Shown here piece after piece: positions 51,661 to 64,000 of a stretch of 64,000 bases of DNA. Position numbers and translations under genes: made by a program. Under the pieces are notes generated by a model. The model worked only from the letters and a program-made list of their open reading frames with translations. It did no database searches and was not told the DNA's origin. Location of the stretch: the NCBI RefSeq assembly GCF_001194135.2, contig NC_068989.1, positions 3,774,798-3,838,797 on the forward strand. Reading direction: 5' to 3'. Positions within the stretch are counted from its first letter, which is position 1. Each line of letters opens with the position of its first letter. This DNA is from Octopus bimaculoides (Eukaryota).

Positions 51661-51954
51661 AAGGTGTTAGATTTCCAGTTTCAAATCAATGCGATCTTAG
51701 AAAGTGTGTGGGCGGTTCTGTTTCTCTATGGCACTTGACCCCTTGCTGTTTCACTTAGTTTTCCTGAAAATAAAGGGCAATCTGTTCTGGTAGATGAAGA
51801 ACTGAATTAGGCCGTTGTTGTTGTTGTTGTTGTTATTGATGGTGGTGATGATGATAATGATGATGACATACTAAAGTAACAAACCAATGTAATCGATGTA
51901 ATCAGTTTTCCCCTCCGTTCAACATTAGCGATGTTTGTCAAAATTTCAAACAAT

Positions 51955-52076
51955 ATTCTTTTCTACTCTTGGCACATTGCCCGAAATTTAGGGGGAGTTG
52001 GCCAGTCGATTAGATCGATCCCAGTACGCAACTGGTACCTAATTTATCGACGCCAAAACATGAAAGACAAAGTCGT
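51955..52076 (-). mobile_element. SINE family B 3' half
   Basis: TTCTTTTCTACTCTTGGCAC...GATCCCAGTACGCAACTGGTACCTAATTTATCGAC. Confidence 0.8.
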
Positions 52077-52364
52077 TAGCGAATGCAATTGTTAACGTAC
52101 CTGTTATTTTTGACGTTGTTGTCGCTGTTGTAGTTGTTATTGCCGTTTCGTTTCTTGTCACTTTTGTTTCTCTTGATTTTTTTAGTTATTGTTTAATTAT
52201 TTCACAAACATGACCATCTCATCTTTTACTTATTCCCATTCATGATACGTCTAGTAATACAATTTCTGATGTATCTTGCTTTATGACAGAAGGATCTGCT
52301 TGCTATTTCTAGCAAGGTGATCGACTGTGTAAAGATACCTTGGGCTGCACACTGCTGCTGTTGT

Positions 52365-52682
52365 CCGCGGACAGGATGCCGAATGCACTTTTGCCGAGGG
52401 ACAAGAAACCGAAGCCAAGAAGCCGAACGGACACAATGCCGAACGGACATAAAGCGAAACGGAAACAATAATTAAAAGAAAAAATTCCTACCTACATAAT
52501 TTAATGATCAATTCACCAATTTGGCACTTAAGATTTAACGAGATTAAATTTTAATGTTTGTATATCCATCCAGCATCTTGTCCGTTCGGCATTGTGTCCG
52601 TTCGGCATTGTGTCCGTTCGGCTTCTTGGCTTCGGCTTCTTGTCCTTCGGCAAAAGTCTATTCGGCATCCCCTCCGTGTACC
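52365..52682. mobile_element. Foldback-type MITE with modular long TIRs and candidate 8-bp TSD
   Basis: Arms 52374-52449 and 52579-52670 are reverse complements built from GCCGAA-containing modules; GCTGTTGT at 52357-52364 and 52683-52690. Confidence 0.85.
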
Positions 52683-53960
52683 GCTGTTGTTAATTTTTTT
52701 TCGTTCATGACGTTGTCCTAGTTTCTTTTCATTCTGATGACAGGAGGTGGGGATTTGAGGAGAATTTTTAAAGCGACTGGCAAAACAGAGTCCTTTTCAC
52801 TTTCTGCTGTTGCTAGTGGCGGTCATGGTGACGATGACGAAGATGAGGATAACGACATTGATTGTAATGTTAAGGATAGTGATGATAGTAGTGTTGTTTC
52901 TGTTCTAATTATTTTATGAATTTACGATTTCAAAAGCAAACAAATAAATTAAATGTAAAAAAAAAATGATAAAAATTAGATAAAAAATTACAAGAAGCAG
53001 AACACCAAAATTATATAAAAAAAGGTTCATACATGTTTTTTATTGTTTTTGTTGGTTTCTTTATTATGTATTTCATCAAATAATTAATGATGGTGAATTA
53101 TCAAAAAAAAAATGGTTTCAGAAACACCCCTCCACCATCCAGACGCACACTACACACGCAAGCAAAGAACGAGAAAAAGAGAACAAAATAAGAGTACAAT
53201 ACCCTGTATTATTATTATATGTTTTCTGTCATTTTACTGTTTTTAGTTTTGTTCTTTTGAAGGGGGAATAATTCATTAGAGTACACTGACGCAGTCCTCC
53301 GGATTGCTCTTGGATTTAATCAATGATAATAATAATGTTGTTCTTATTATGTGTTCGCCTTTTTATCATCATTGATGTCGCTAATCGAAGTCTGTATTGT
53401 TATTAAAAAAAAAAAGAAAACAAAACCATTGTTGTTGTTGCTACTGCTGTTGTTGTTGTTGTTGTTGCTGCTGCTGCTGTGACTGTCACTATTATTTGAA
53501 AAAAAACAACAAAAAAAACATCAATACTTTTGTGACTGCTCGGATTCCTATTGTTTTTTGTTATTGTCGTCATTCATGTTGTTGTTATTACTGCAGTTGT
53601 TTTCAATATTGTGATTATAGTTGTATCTGGTATCGTGGTTTTTGTTGTTGTTTTTATTTGATCGTTTCGTTGGCTTTTTCAATTTGTCATTATAGTTGTT
53701 ATTGTTGTTGTTGTTGTTGTTCTCCATGTTAAGATTATATGCTATTAGTAATGTTTGTTGTCGATGCAGTTTTTGCCCCGTTAATGATGTTGATGGTATT
53801 AATGCTGTTTTTCAATTTTGGAGTATTGAATTTTCTGATATTAATGTTCTTGTAAGGCGGATTGTATTAGCGGAATTGATATTGTCGGACACACACTTTA
53901 CACGTTATGAGTTCGAATAATACCAAAGGCAAGATTACGTTTCATCATCCTAGGCCTGGC

Positions 53961-54130
53961 ACTCGGTCGGTTACGACATCAAGGGTTCCAGTTGATCCGA
54001 TCGACGGAACAGTTTGCTCGAAAAGTTAATGTGCAAGTGGCTGAGCATTTCACAGACACGCCTAATCCTAACATAGTTCTCAGGAAGATTGTGTGTGACA
54101 CAGGGTGTGACAAGACTGGCCCTTTGAGAA
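53961..54130 (-). mobile_element. SINE family C tail
   Basis: GTCGGTTACGAC..AAGGGTTCCAGTTGATCCGATC...GTGCAAGTGGCTGAGCA...GTGTGACAAGACTGGCCCTTTGA is the reverse complement of 7945-8113. Confidence 0.8.
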
Positions 54131-54582
54131 AGAAGTATTACTCGCAGCCGGTCCCGGTTTTTACAGTGGAGGGTACCATCTCGACAGGTCGGTGAGGTCT
54201 TGACGGAATCTGGGGCCCGAATCGAGTGAAGGCTGACTGGAACTGTCCGCCTTCCTGGGTCTGTCACCGAGCACCCGACCGGTACCATTCATCGGGGAGC
54301 TAAGCTTCCCGNNNNNNNNNNNNNNNNNNNNNNNNNNNNNNNNNNNNNNNNNNNNNNNNNNNNNNNNNNNNNNNNNNNNNNNNNNNNNNNNNNNNNNNNN
54401 NNNNNNNNNNNNNNNNNNNNNNNNNNNNNNNNNNNNNNNNNNNNNNNNNNNNNNNNNNNNNNNNNNNNNNNNNNNNNNNNNNNNNNNNNNNNNNNNNNNN
54501 NNNNNNNNNNNNNNNNNNNNNNNNNNNNNNNNNNNNNNNNNNNNNGTATAGATGTAAGTATGTACATATACGTATGTATATA

Positions 54583-54619
<37 letters not shown>

Positions 54620-54637
54620 TATATATATATATATATA

Positions 54638-54668
<31 letters not shown>

Positions 54669-54669
54669 G

Positions 54670-54750
54670 TGGCATCGATTCGTTCGACTTATTCATCTTC
54701 AAGGCGGTGCCCCAGCATGGCTGCCGTCTAATGACGGAAACAAGAAAAGT
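54670..54750 (+). mobile_element. SINE family A 3' tail
   Basis: AAGGCGGTGCCCCAGCATGGCTGCCGTCTAATGACGGAAACAAG. Confidence 0.75.
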
Positions 54751-55354
54751 TAAACGTTAAATACTGGTAAAAGATCTCCAGACACCCATCTACACCAAGG
54801 AATACACTTTGATATTCCTGGGCTCTGTTCTCTATTTTCTCTTTGGTGCAATAAGAAGTTGATAGTCCGTTGCATTGTTATGTGGATTTATTGTGTTGTG
54901 ATCTGTGTTATTTTAGTGTCGGCCATCTTCGCTGTTATATATTTTACAGCGGCGATTGTGTGGAATAATCATTATACGAGCTTTGCTATTGAATTGAGGT
55001 TCTCTTACATATAATATCTGGCGTACTTACATAGGAAACTAATTTTGGTTTCTGTAATGCAGTAAGCGCCCATATTATGCTCTTGCATTTATTTATTGCT
55101 TTACTCATTTCCCGAGCGCCATATTTTATTGTTAGCGTCTCCACTCTTATGTCTCACGTCTTCTGTATTTATTGCTTCAAAGTTCTTTTATTTTGATAGC
55201 TCATCAAGTTGTTTAAGTTCCTTCTTGGCTATGCTTTGATCGTAAAAGATTTAACTATTTATCGTAGGACACCATTTGTGATCAGACATTGCTTGCAAAA
55301 TCGTAGTGGCCGCCACTAACATCATATACCAGCGTTTCTAGTATTTCCATTTAA

Positions 55355-55620
55355 CTTTTATCTATTAATTATTTCAGTCACTGGATTGCGGCCGTGCTAG
55401 AGCATCATTTTGGAAAGTTTAGACTAATAAATCTACCTCAGTAGATATGTTTTTTTTCTTTTATGACGTTTTACGCACACGACGGGCTTTCACATTGTCT
55501 CTGCCTACCATATTCTCTTACAAGGCACTGGTCGGAGAGGGGCTATTGCAGAACACACTCGCTAGCGGTGCCGTGCAGTGGAACGGAACCTGGCACCACA
55601 TAATAACCAAGTGAGCTCCT
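55355..55620 (-). mobile_element. SINE family A, degenerate
   Basis: TTTCAGTCACTGGATTGCGGCCGTGCTAGAGCA...ACGACGGGCTTTCACA...GGTGCCGTGCAGTGGAACGGAACCTGG. Confidence 0.7.
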
Positions 55621-56204
55621 TATCAATTTTAATGTACAAATACCCCTATTTTCTCTATGTACAAATACCGCTAACTTTCGCTCTCTCTCCTCACTTTCTT
55701 TCTCCCTCTCTTCTCTCTTTCCTTCTCTCTCTCTCGCTCTCTCTCTCTCTGTCTCTCTCTCTGTGTCTCTCTCTCTCTGTGTCTCTCTCTCTCTGTCTAT
55801 CTATCTGTTTCTATTCAGTGGATCTAGCTAACTACTCGGTCGTGTCTCTGCTTATATTCTGTTTGGGAAGACTGGCCATCCGAAAATGATTTGGCCTCAT
55901 GATTTTTTCTATTTATTACATCGTCCGTTATTTGGCGTCAGACACTTATTTTTATCATTTTACTTTGTCACTATTATTTTATTTATAATTTTCTTGATGT
56001 TTTTTTTTTCTGGTTCATCTTTGATCATGTGTAGCTAAAATCAGAACGTTCCTTTTTGCTTTTAATCTGTCCAGGAAGAGATTTATCTCTTCATTTTCTC
56101 TTTGATATTATATTTGCAGTTCAAATTTTTAGATGTATTTTTTTTTCAGATTTTCTGTTGTTTTTATGTTCATCTATTTAGACGGTGTAAAAGCTAACTG
56201 TCTA

Positions 56205-56261
<57 letters not shown>

Positions 56262-56836
56262 CATATCATCTCTATCTAATTATTTATCTATCACCATGTA
56301 TCTAAATCTCTCTCTCTCTCTCTCTCTCNNNNNNNNNNNNNNNNNNNNNNNNNNNNNNNNNNNNNNNNNNNNNNNNNNNNNNNNNNNNNNNNNNNNNNNN
56401 NNNNNNNNNNNNNNNNNNNNNNNNNNNNNNNNNNNNNNNNNNNNNNNNNNNNNNNNNNNNNNNNNNNNNNNNNNNNNNNNNNNNNNNNNNNNNNNNNNNN
56501 NNNNNNNNNNNNNNNNNNNNNNNNNNNNNNNNNNNNNNNNNNNNNNNNNNNNNNNNNNNNNNNNNNNNNNNNNNNNNNNNNNNNNNNNNNNNNNNNNNNN
56601 NNNNNNNNNNNNNNNNNNNNNNNNNNNNNNNNNNNNNNNNNNNNNNNNNNNNNNNNNNNNNNNNNNNNNNNNNNNNNNNNNNNNNNNNNNNNNNNNNNNN
56701 NNNNNNNNNNNNNNNNNNNNNNNNNNNNNNNNNNNNNNNNNNNNNNNNNNNNNNNNNNNNNNNNNNNNNNNNNNNNNNNNNNNNNNNNNNNNNNNNNNNN
56801 NNNNNNNNNNNNNNNNNNNNNNNNNNNNNNNNNNNN

Positions 56837-56881
<45 letters not shown>

Positions 56882-57209
56882 CATAGATCTCTTTCATTGT
56901 GTATAATGTTATTCGTTGTTGTTTCGTTTTTACTACTCTCCTGTCTTGCCTCATTAAACTAATCAACGTAGCTTACTCGTTGCTAAATAGTTTTTCTCCA
57001 CCAATTCTGCCCAGTCTATCTTGCTTCTCTAATAGATCTCCATTTTATTTTCAACTTTTCACTCTCCTCATGCTCGGCTCAGCTGTATCCTTCCTGTGTA
57101 TTGCCTTTAGGATGTGGGGCGGACATGCAGCGAGTAGTTTTCTGACTTGGTGTTTTTTGATTCTCAGTTTCTCAACACTCTTCAGATCCAATGCATTATA
57201 TCGTCTAAT

Positions 57210-57221
57210 AATAATGATGAT

Positions 57222-57318
<97 letters not shown>

Positions 57319-57630
57319 AATAAGAAGAAGAAGAAGAAGAAAAAGAAGAATGTTAATAATAATAATAAATAATAATAATGATAATGATAATAATAATAAT
57401 AGTGCACTAATAGTAGTGGTAGTAGTAGGAACAGCAACATTAAAATAGTAGTAGCGGTGATCGTGTTGGTAGTTGATTAATACTAGTTCCTGTAGTGGTC
57501 GTGTGGTGTTGGTAGTGACAGTAATAGTCGTGATAGTGGTGGTTGCAGTAACATCAGCTATATCAGTAGTAGTAGTAGTAGTAGTAGTTGTAGTAGTAAT
57601 AGTAGTAGTAGTAGTAGTAGTAGTAACAGG
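57210..57630 (+). repeat. Compound (ACT)n/(AAT)n/(AAG)n/(AGT)n microsatellite
   Basis: Read directly. Confidence 0.95.
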
Positions 57631-58075
57631 GAGAACGATAATGAATGGATGAAAATAGTTGTCTTCTTGAAAGTGACAGATGAAACATTGGAAAGGAAAA
57701 ACGAAAAACCTGCTTCCAAAACCTAATCTCAAACACCTCAAGCAATCCATGTGAATTTAGAAGAGATAATAAAGAAAAGTCAGCCATGTTTGAGAAAAGT
57801 ACAGACTGAAAGAAACAAAACGGATAAAAAGAAAAAGAAACGACAGTATAAGACAGAAAGGGAGACTTTATAACATTCCTGTCAAATACACACACACACA
57901 CACACACACATACAAAAACATATACATACAAACATACACGCATACATACACATAGCTACCTGTATAAGTAAAAGTGCTGACATTGCTGTGTGTTTAAGAA
58001 ACATGTTTTGCTGGATAATGACTTGTATCAGCGCGCCAGAATTTGAACTTAGAACGTAAAGACAGACGAAATACC

Positions 58076-58302
58076 TATTTCTTTACTGCCCACAAGGGGC
58101 TACACACAGAGGGGACAAACAAGGACAGACAAACGGATTAAGTCGATTATATCGACCCCAGTGCGTAACTGGTACTTAATTTATCGACCCCGAAAGGATG
58201 AAAGCCAAAGTCGACCTCGGCGGAATTTGAACTCAGAACGCAAACGAAATACCGGTAAGCATTTCGCCCGGCATGCTAACGTTTCTGCCAGCTCGCTGCC
58301 TT
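58076..58302 (-). mobile_element. SINE family B, full length, tail type 1
   Basis: Near-consensus copy; a 38-bp piece of another B copy abuts it at 58038-58075. Confidence 0.92.
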
Positions 58303-58333
58303 GAGCTCAATGAATATATATACATATATATAC

Positions 58334-58364
<31 letters not shown>

Positions 58365-59384
58365 CATATNNNNNNNNNNNNNNNNNNNNNNNNNNNNNNN
58401 NNNNNNNNNNNNNNNNNNNNNNNNNNNNNNNNNNNNNNNNNNNNNNNNNNNNNNNNNNNNNNNNNNNNNNNNNNNNNNNNNNNNNNNNNNNNNNTATATA
58501 TATATATATATATGTATATGTATGTGTGTGTATTTATCTGTACACATAAGTACACACACGTACACAAAAATGTTTTTCCTATTCACTCGAGATTTAAAAT
58601 ATCATAAACATACATATATGGCGACAATCTTATGTATGTATGTATGTATGCATGCATGTATGTATGTATGTGTGCGTGCGTATGCATGCATGTATGTATG
58701 TATATATGTACCTATATAAGTATGTATGTTCCTATGTATGCATATACGTATGTACGTATCTATGTATGTATGTATGTAGGTGGGTAGGTAGGTAGGTAGG
58801 TAGGTAGGCAGATTGATATTTAGGTATCTATATAAAATATGTATATATATACATATATATATTATATTACATATTACACGCGCGCACACGCACGCACACA
58901 CACACACACACGCTTATGTATGAACAAAGAAATACAAAAACACAAATCTATGAGTGTAAAACCTCCAAATATGCCAGTGCACGATAGCATCCAGTACAAA
59001 CGTTGGAGTTCTGAAAACCATTTACGTGCTTAATTGCAATGCAAATATGTAAAAAGTTATTTTATTTGTTTAAAGATTTGTTAAAATTTATTTAAATTTA
59101 CATTTAAATGGATACCTTGCATCATAATTTCCTGTAAGAACCATTTAGTTAAATTACATTATAAAAACTATCTTAATAATAAATAAGTTATTTTATTCTA
59201 TCACTTGAAATATTTGTTATTTTCAAAATACGGTGAATCATGGGATGCTATTAAACTAGATATCTGTTAGTGAGGGTTTGAAAGACGTGTGTTGAAAGTT
59301 GTGTGTGTGTGTGTGTGTGTGTGATAATACATTCATGCACCCATACAAACACAAATGCATGTATATAAACATACATATATATAA

Positions 59385-59531
59385 GCGTAGGAGTGGCTGT
59401 GTGGTAAGTAGCTTGCCTACGAACCATATGGTTCCGGGTGCAGTTCCACTGCGTGGCACCTTGGGCGAGTGTTTTCTACTATATCCTCCGGCCGACCAAA
59501 GACTTGTGAGTGGATTTGGTAGACGGAAAAC

Positions 59532-59563
<32 letters not shown>

Positions 59564-59735
59564 GTGTGTGTGTGTGTGTGTGTGTCTGTATATATGTTTG
59601 TGTCTGTCTTTGATCCCCGACATCGCTTGACAACCGATACTGGTGTGTTTACGTCCCCGTAACTTTAGCGGTTCGGCAAAAGAAACCGATAGAATAAGTA
59701 CTAGGCTTACAAAGAATAAGTCCTGGGGTCGGTTT

Positions 59736-59736
<1 letters not shown>
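59385..59736 (+). mobile_element. SINE family A, near full length, internal (TA)n(TG)n
   Basis: GCGTAGGAGTGGCTGTGTGGTAAG (A-box-like), GGGTGCAGTTCC (B-box-like), GGCACCTTGGGCGAGTGT core; 3' end replaced by (GA)n. Confidence 0.9.
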
Positions 59737-59767
<31 letters not shown>

Positions 59768-59780
59768 TAGAGAGAGAGAA

Positions 59781-59854
<74 letters not shown>

Positions 59855-60506
59855 CTGCGTCTGTTTATATGTGTAAAATAGAAGGAAGAAAGAAAGCAAT
59901 AAAGAGAGCAAGAGATGAAGTGAGAGTTGAGATCAGTTCAGCTGTTTTACTTTTATTTATGCTTCTGAGATTCGCTCGCAAGATGACGACGCCTGACTGA
60001 ATAAGAAGCAAGTTTTTAAATTGAGTTAGTTTGGGAATAGAATATGTGAGTGTTGATGGTCTTCCTTACATTACCTTGTAAGTAATCAGTCTAATAATGT
60101 AATTAGTAAGAGACCAGGGATGATGTTACGGAACGAAATTACTATCGTAACCTCCACGTAAACTGGGGAATTACAGAGATGTAAGATTTTCCAACTCAAA
60201 TTCTACACTCGATACAAAGCTAATTACGTGACTGTTGACAGACGTGAATGCTCTGCTATAGAAACGATTATAACGACGAGGTGGGTAGTTATTTCACTGC
60301 ACTTCAAATTGTGCCGTATCAAATTGCTTTACAGTTTGACAACGACTCGAGCATAATGACACTAATTTTCACCTCACTCGAGAGGGTCAACAAATGCGCC
60401 ATCTATGTGGCTATATGTTCGGCTAGAAATAGCAACCAGATCTCATTCAATTCATATCATGTCTTTGTAAAAATAAAAAAGCTTCTTTTTCTCACGATCT
60501 GTAAAA

Positions 60507-60900
60507 TACAAAGTTACTTCCAGAAATTCTGAGACTCCTTCGGCAGAGATATTTCTTCATTTCAGAGAAGTATTAAACCCTAATCTCTTTCAAACTTGGA
60601 CCCTCTGACTTCAATGCATTTATTGAAGTGCTCCAGCAACTTCAAGACTGTCCGGCGAAGTTCTCCAAAGTGTCCGCGACGCTGGTCACAGCTTCCTTAA
60701 TCTTCAAAATAACTTCTCCTCAGGCTCTTTTCTAGTTTGGAAACAGCCAAAAGTCACAAGGAAGCTGTAGGAAGGCTGAAGGACAGTTTTGATGCCAATC
60801 TCAGTCAAGTAAATGGTTACCAGGATGGAATTGTGGAGCATCGTCCTGGATCAGGTGCCTCCGACGGCAATGGAAGAGCTCTGGTTTTTTACAACGAAAT
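60507..60900 (-). mobile_element. mariner transposase 3' relic
   Basis: Minus strand encodes ...DFWLFP...KIKEAVTSVADT...(H)FNKCIEVRGSKFE across frameshifts, the mariner SPDLAPCDFWLFPKLK / KCI..G.YFE end. A TIR-like TACAAAGTTACTTCCAGAAATT lies at 60507. Confidence 0.7.
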
Positions 60901-61844
60901 CACTTCTTGAATTCGTCTCAAAACCTCCACAAACGACTGCTTCTTGACCACCTGGCTAGAGGAAACCCAGTGGATGTAGGTGTAGATATATACAGCACTA
61001 AATAATAGTTTTAAGGGCGAGTTTCTTTTATAGATGCAGCAGCCGTTTTAACACCAATTTTAAGGCAGTAAGTATTATGTAAGCAAAGTAGACCTAGTAA
61101 ACGATGATGATTTATAATGAATTTCAACTTTTGAGAGAAACAGACCAAATATTAATTGATTTTTAGGATTTCGAATTATATATCTTTAATATATAATATG
61201 TTTTTAAGTTTTGATATTTGATAGTTAAGTAGAAAATGATATTGTAGATTGGAATTGATGTTTACCTTATCTCTCCACATCAATTTCTATAATGTACATG
61301 CATTAATACAATTATAACTTCTACATAAACTAATGTTATTTTATAAAATATTAAAAGGTTATAATTATGGGTAACATGTATAATTTAAAAAGTTAGAAAA
61401 ACTGAAATGAAGCTAATGGTGGAATAGTTTTGATGATGAAAAGGGATTTCAAGAATAATGGAAAATTATATACGGTGAGTTAAATGATGTAAAAGGTAAA
61501 TAATTTAAGCATAAAAAGTAAAAATATAATTATAGCAATAATATAAATTATATGATATAGAAGTAGTGATCCAAAATGTGAATATTATGCACGGGATGAT
61601 GTACTGCTATGAGATTATAAGTGGGTGATTACACCTATAACAATATGCTTCTACCTCATTCACCTTTAACGAACGAAGTCGCAATCAGAAGGAATTTATC
61701 ATAAAAAATCTATGGATGATTTAGCGGAATGTTAATGCGTATTTAATTCTTCCAGCAACGCCTGATGAATTCCAATTCCAGCTGTTTATATTACTTTTTT
61801 TGTATACACATTACCATTCCGATAAATCATCCATAGGTTTTCAT

Positions 61845-62590
61845 GGTAAGTACATACCCAGTTTCATCCAGGATGACATCGACTTACTGTCACATTTTCC
61901 CAAAACAACTGAAACAAATTCACTTTTACTTAGTTTTGATGTGGTAAGCCTTTACACCAATATTTCACATGATTTAGAAATAAAAGAGATTAGATACTGG
62001 GTAGAAAAACATAGAGAAGTGACCCCAACAGACTCACAGTACCATTTATATTAGACACAGTCAAACTTATTCTGGAAAACAACACATTCTTCTTCAATGG
62101 AAAAAATTTAATCCAAATTAAAGGCACGGCGATAGGAACGAGGTTTGCCCCCGTTTATGCGAACTGAATTGGGATATCTAGAACAACAACTCTACCAAGA
62201 AGTAGAGGAAAACTATAGCACTGAATTTAGAAATTATATTGAAAAGGCATGGAAGAGATACCTTGCCGATTGTTTCATAATATTGTCAGAAGCTGTAAAT
62301 AATCTGGAAGAGTTCAATATCCTCCTGAACAACCTATCCTCATCTCTCCAATTTACAAAGGAGATGAGTAGTACCAAATTACCATTCCTAGATATAATGG
62401 TAATTAAAAACGACACCACCATTACCACAGATATATACTACAAACACACGGACACACATCAATACCTGAATCATAAGTCGTGCCATTCACCACATTCAAA
62501 ACGCAACATCCCATACTACCCAGCCAGAAGTGTTTGTACCATTGTAGAAGATGCAAATATCAGGAACAGGCATTTCCTGAACGTCTGAGC
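61845..62590 (+). mobile_element. Penelope-like element reverse transcriptase fragment (frameshifted)
   Basis: SFDVVSLYTNI, GTAIGTRFAP, RYLADCF (YxDD decayed), LPFLD, TDIYYKHTDTHQYLNHKSCHSPHSKRNIPY are all Penelope RT signature blocks. Confidence 0.9.
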
Positions 62591-62619
62591 TTTCCTGCAA
62601 GTGTTTCGAGTACTTTTTG

Positions 62620-62950
62620 CCATTAAAAAACTGGGTTATCTCCCCACTAAAAAGTTGAGTTTATGTGGCGACAAAAGATTGGATTAAAAGAGTTAGAAGA
62701 TCCTTTTGACTCAATACTTCAACACATTGTTAAGTTTTGGCCCCCTCAATAGACATGGTATGATTTGTTATAAAAATACTTAATCTTTTCAGGTTTCCTT
62801 TTTATTATTTTTTTCTGTTTTCATGTTTATTATTTTTTTCATTTTTTTCTTTTTTTTTATTGAGGTTAAACAATTTTTTTAGTTGGGGGAGATAACCAAC
62901 AGTACCGATATTTTTCATAAAACTGGGGAGATAACCCAATTTTTTAATGG
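62620..62950. mobile_element. MITE with 26-bp TIRs and a subterminal repeat, superfamily unassigned
   Basis: CCATTAAAAAACTGGGTTATCTCCCC (62620-62645) versus GGGGAGATAACCCAATTTTTTAATGG (62925-62950), one mismatch; extra GGGGAGATAACC at about 62886-62897. Confidence 0.8.
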
Positions 62951-63408
62951 GGTTGTGATAAACAACAATTACTTGTTTCAACACTAAGTAACCACGACGG
63001 TTTTTATCCTAATATACATAGAATAAATATCATCTCCTTCTTTCCATTATTGTGAACACCGATGACGTGGGCTATAACTTAAAATAGAAGATATCAACCT
63101 TCACATTTCTGTTAGTTTGTAATATCTATTATTAAATAAACCTGTCAACTTAGCAGAGCTGAAAGTTTTGAAAACTTATGGAAAAAACACTCCTTCTTAA
63201 CCTATAATCGGAACAGGCATCATCATGTCTACATAAAATATTTAAATATTTTAGACATTTTGATATCCAATAACAGACAAATTCATCAACGGTGTAGTTA
63301 TATATAAACGGCAAACTGTTAAATTATTTTAACTTCTGTCAGCTTGGTTTGCCAATCACTGTCATTTCCGTTAATACCCAGACTGTTACGAATACTTATG
63401 CATACATG

Positions 63409-63479
<71 letters not shown>

Positions 63480-64000
63480 CTCTGCTTATCTATTTATCAA
63501 TCTACGCACACACACACACACACACACAAGCACACATACACACACATACACGCATATATCTTTGGGAGACTCTATTTGTTTCCTTGTGTTTATTATCTTG
63601 GTTAATAATAAATTGGGTGAGTTATATTAGCTAGTATTCGCAATAAGCAGAGCATATGTTTGTATCTTATATTTTTCATTATACTTTTGGAGTTCTTTTC
63701 CACTTGTATACCAACAATTCTTTTGAGGTTCAACGTTTCAATTATCCATCAACGTTAGACATTGTGCTTACTGGATTAAAAAAAAAACAAAAAAAACACT
63801 CACATTCCAATGTACAATTGGTATAACAACGCTATTTCGATTTAACGGCAGTGCCTACATACTTGCTTGTATGAACAGACAATAACAATTGCCACGTAGC
63901 GTGATTGTTTATTTGTCAATACGCGTCGTCTGGTAAGGAGTTGCAAAAAAAAGAATTTAATTTCAAATAAATACAAAAATTGACACAGTTACGTTGTCCC

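Noticed and set aside
57051-57205. Minus-strand peptide YNALDLKSVEKLRIKKHQVRKLLAACPPHILKAIHRK
   Set aside because: It could be a LINE relic or an exon, but no motif or splice pair supports either.
58038-58075. Nested SINE B-in-B insertion
   Set aside because: The missing remainder of the outer copy does not resume after 58302, so nesting is not demonstrated.

Overview
This is AT-rich animal genomic DNA from a gapped draft assembly. The SINE families and very high microsatellite density look like an octopus or other coleoid cephalopod genome; that assignment is inferred from recognition, not from a database search. About 20 N-gaps, nearly all flanked by (TA)n/(CA)n/(GA)n, produce most of the long entries in the ORF track. 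I cannot support any intact host protein-coding gene, rRNA, bona fide tRNA or CRISPR array. The window is an intergenic or intronic transposon graveyard. It holds about 19 copies of one tRNA-derived SINE family (B), 9 of a second (A) and several of two more (C, D). It also holds decayed RTE, RTE-X-like, CR1/L2-like, Tx1/L1-like and Penelope-like retroelement pieces, Tc1/mariner relics and at least three different MITEs. The most notable structure is a tRNA-headed SINE-like element at 43440-43788 carrying a minimal type-I hammerhead-ribozyme-like motif and a Penelope-style inverted 5' duplication. Two further hammerhead-like relics lie at 6243 and 46333. Other highlights are a 28-bp minisatellite whose only variable positions switch between E-box and CRE palindromes, a shared 3' stem-loop linking SINE B to a Tx1/L1-like LINE, and a foldback MITE with modular TIRs. 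Family labels A-D are my own working names.
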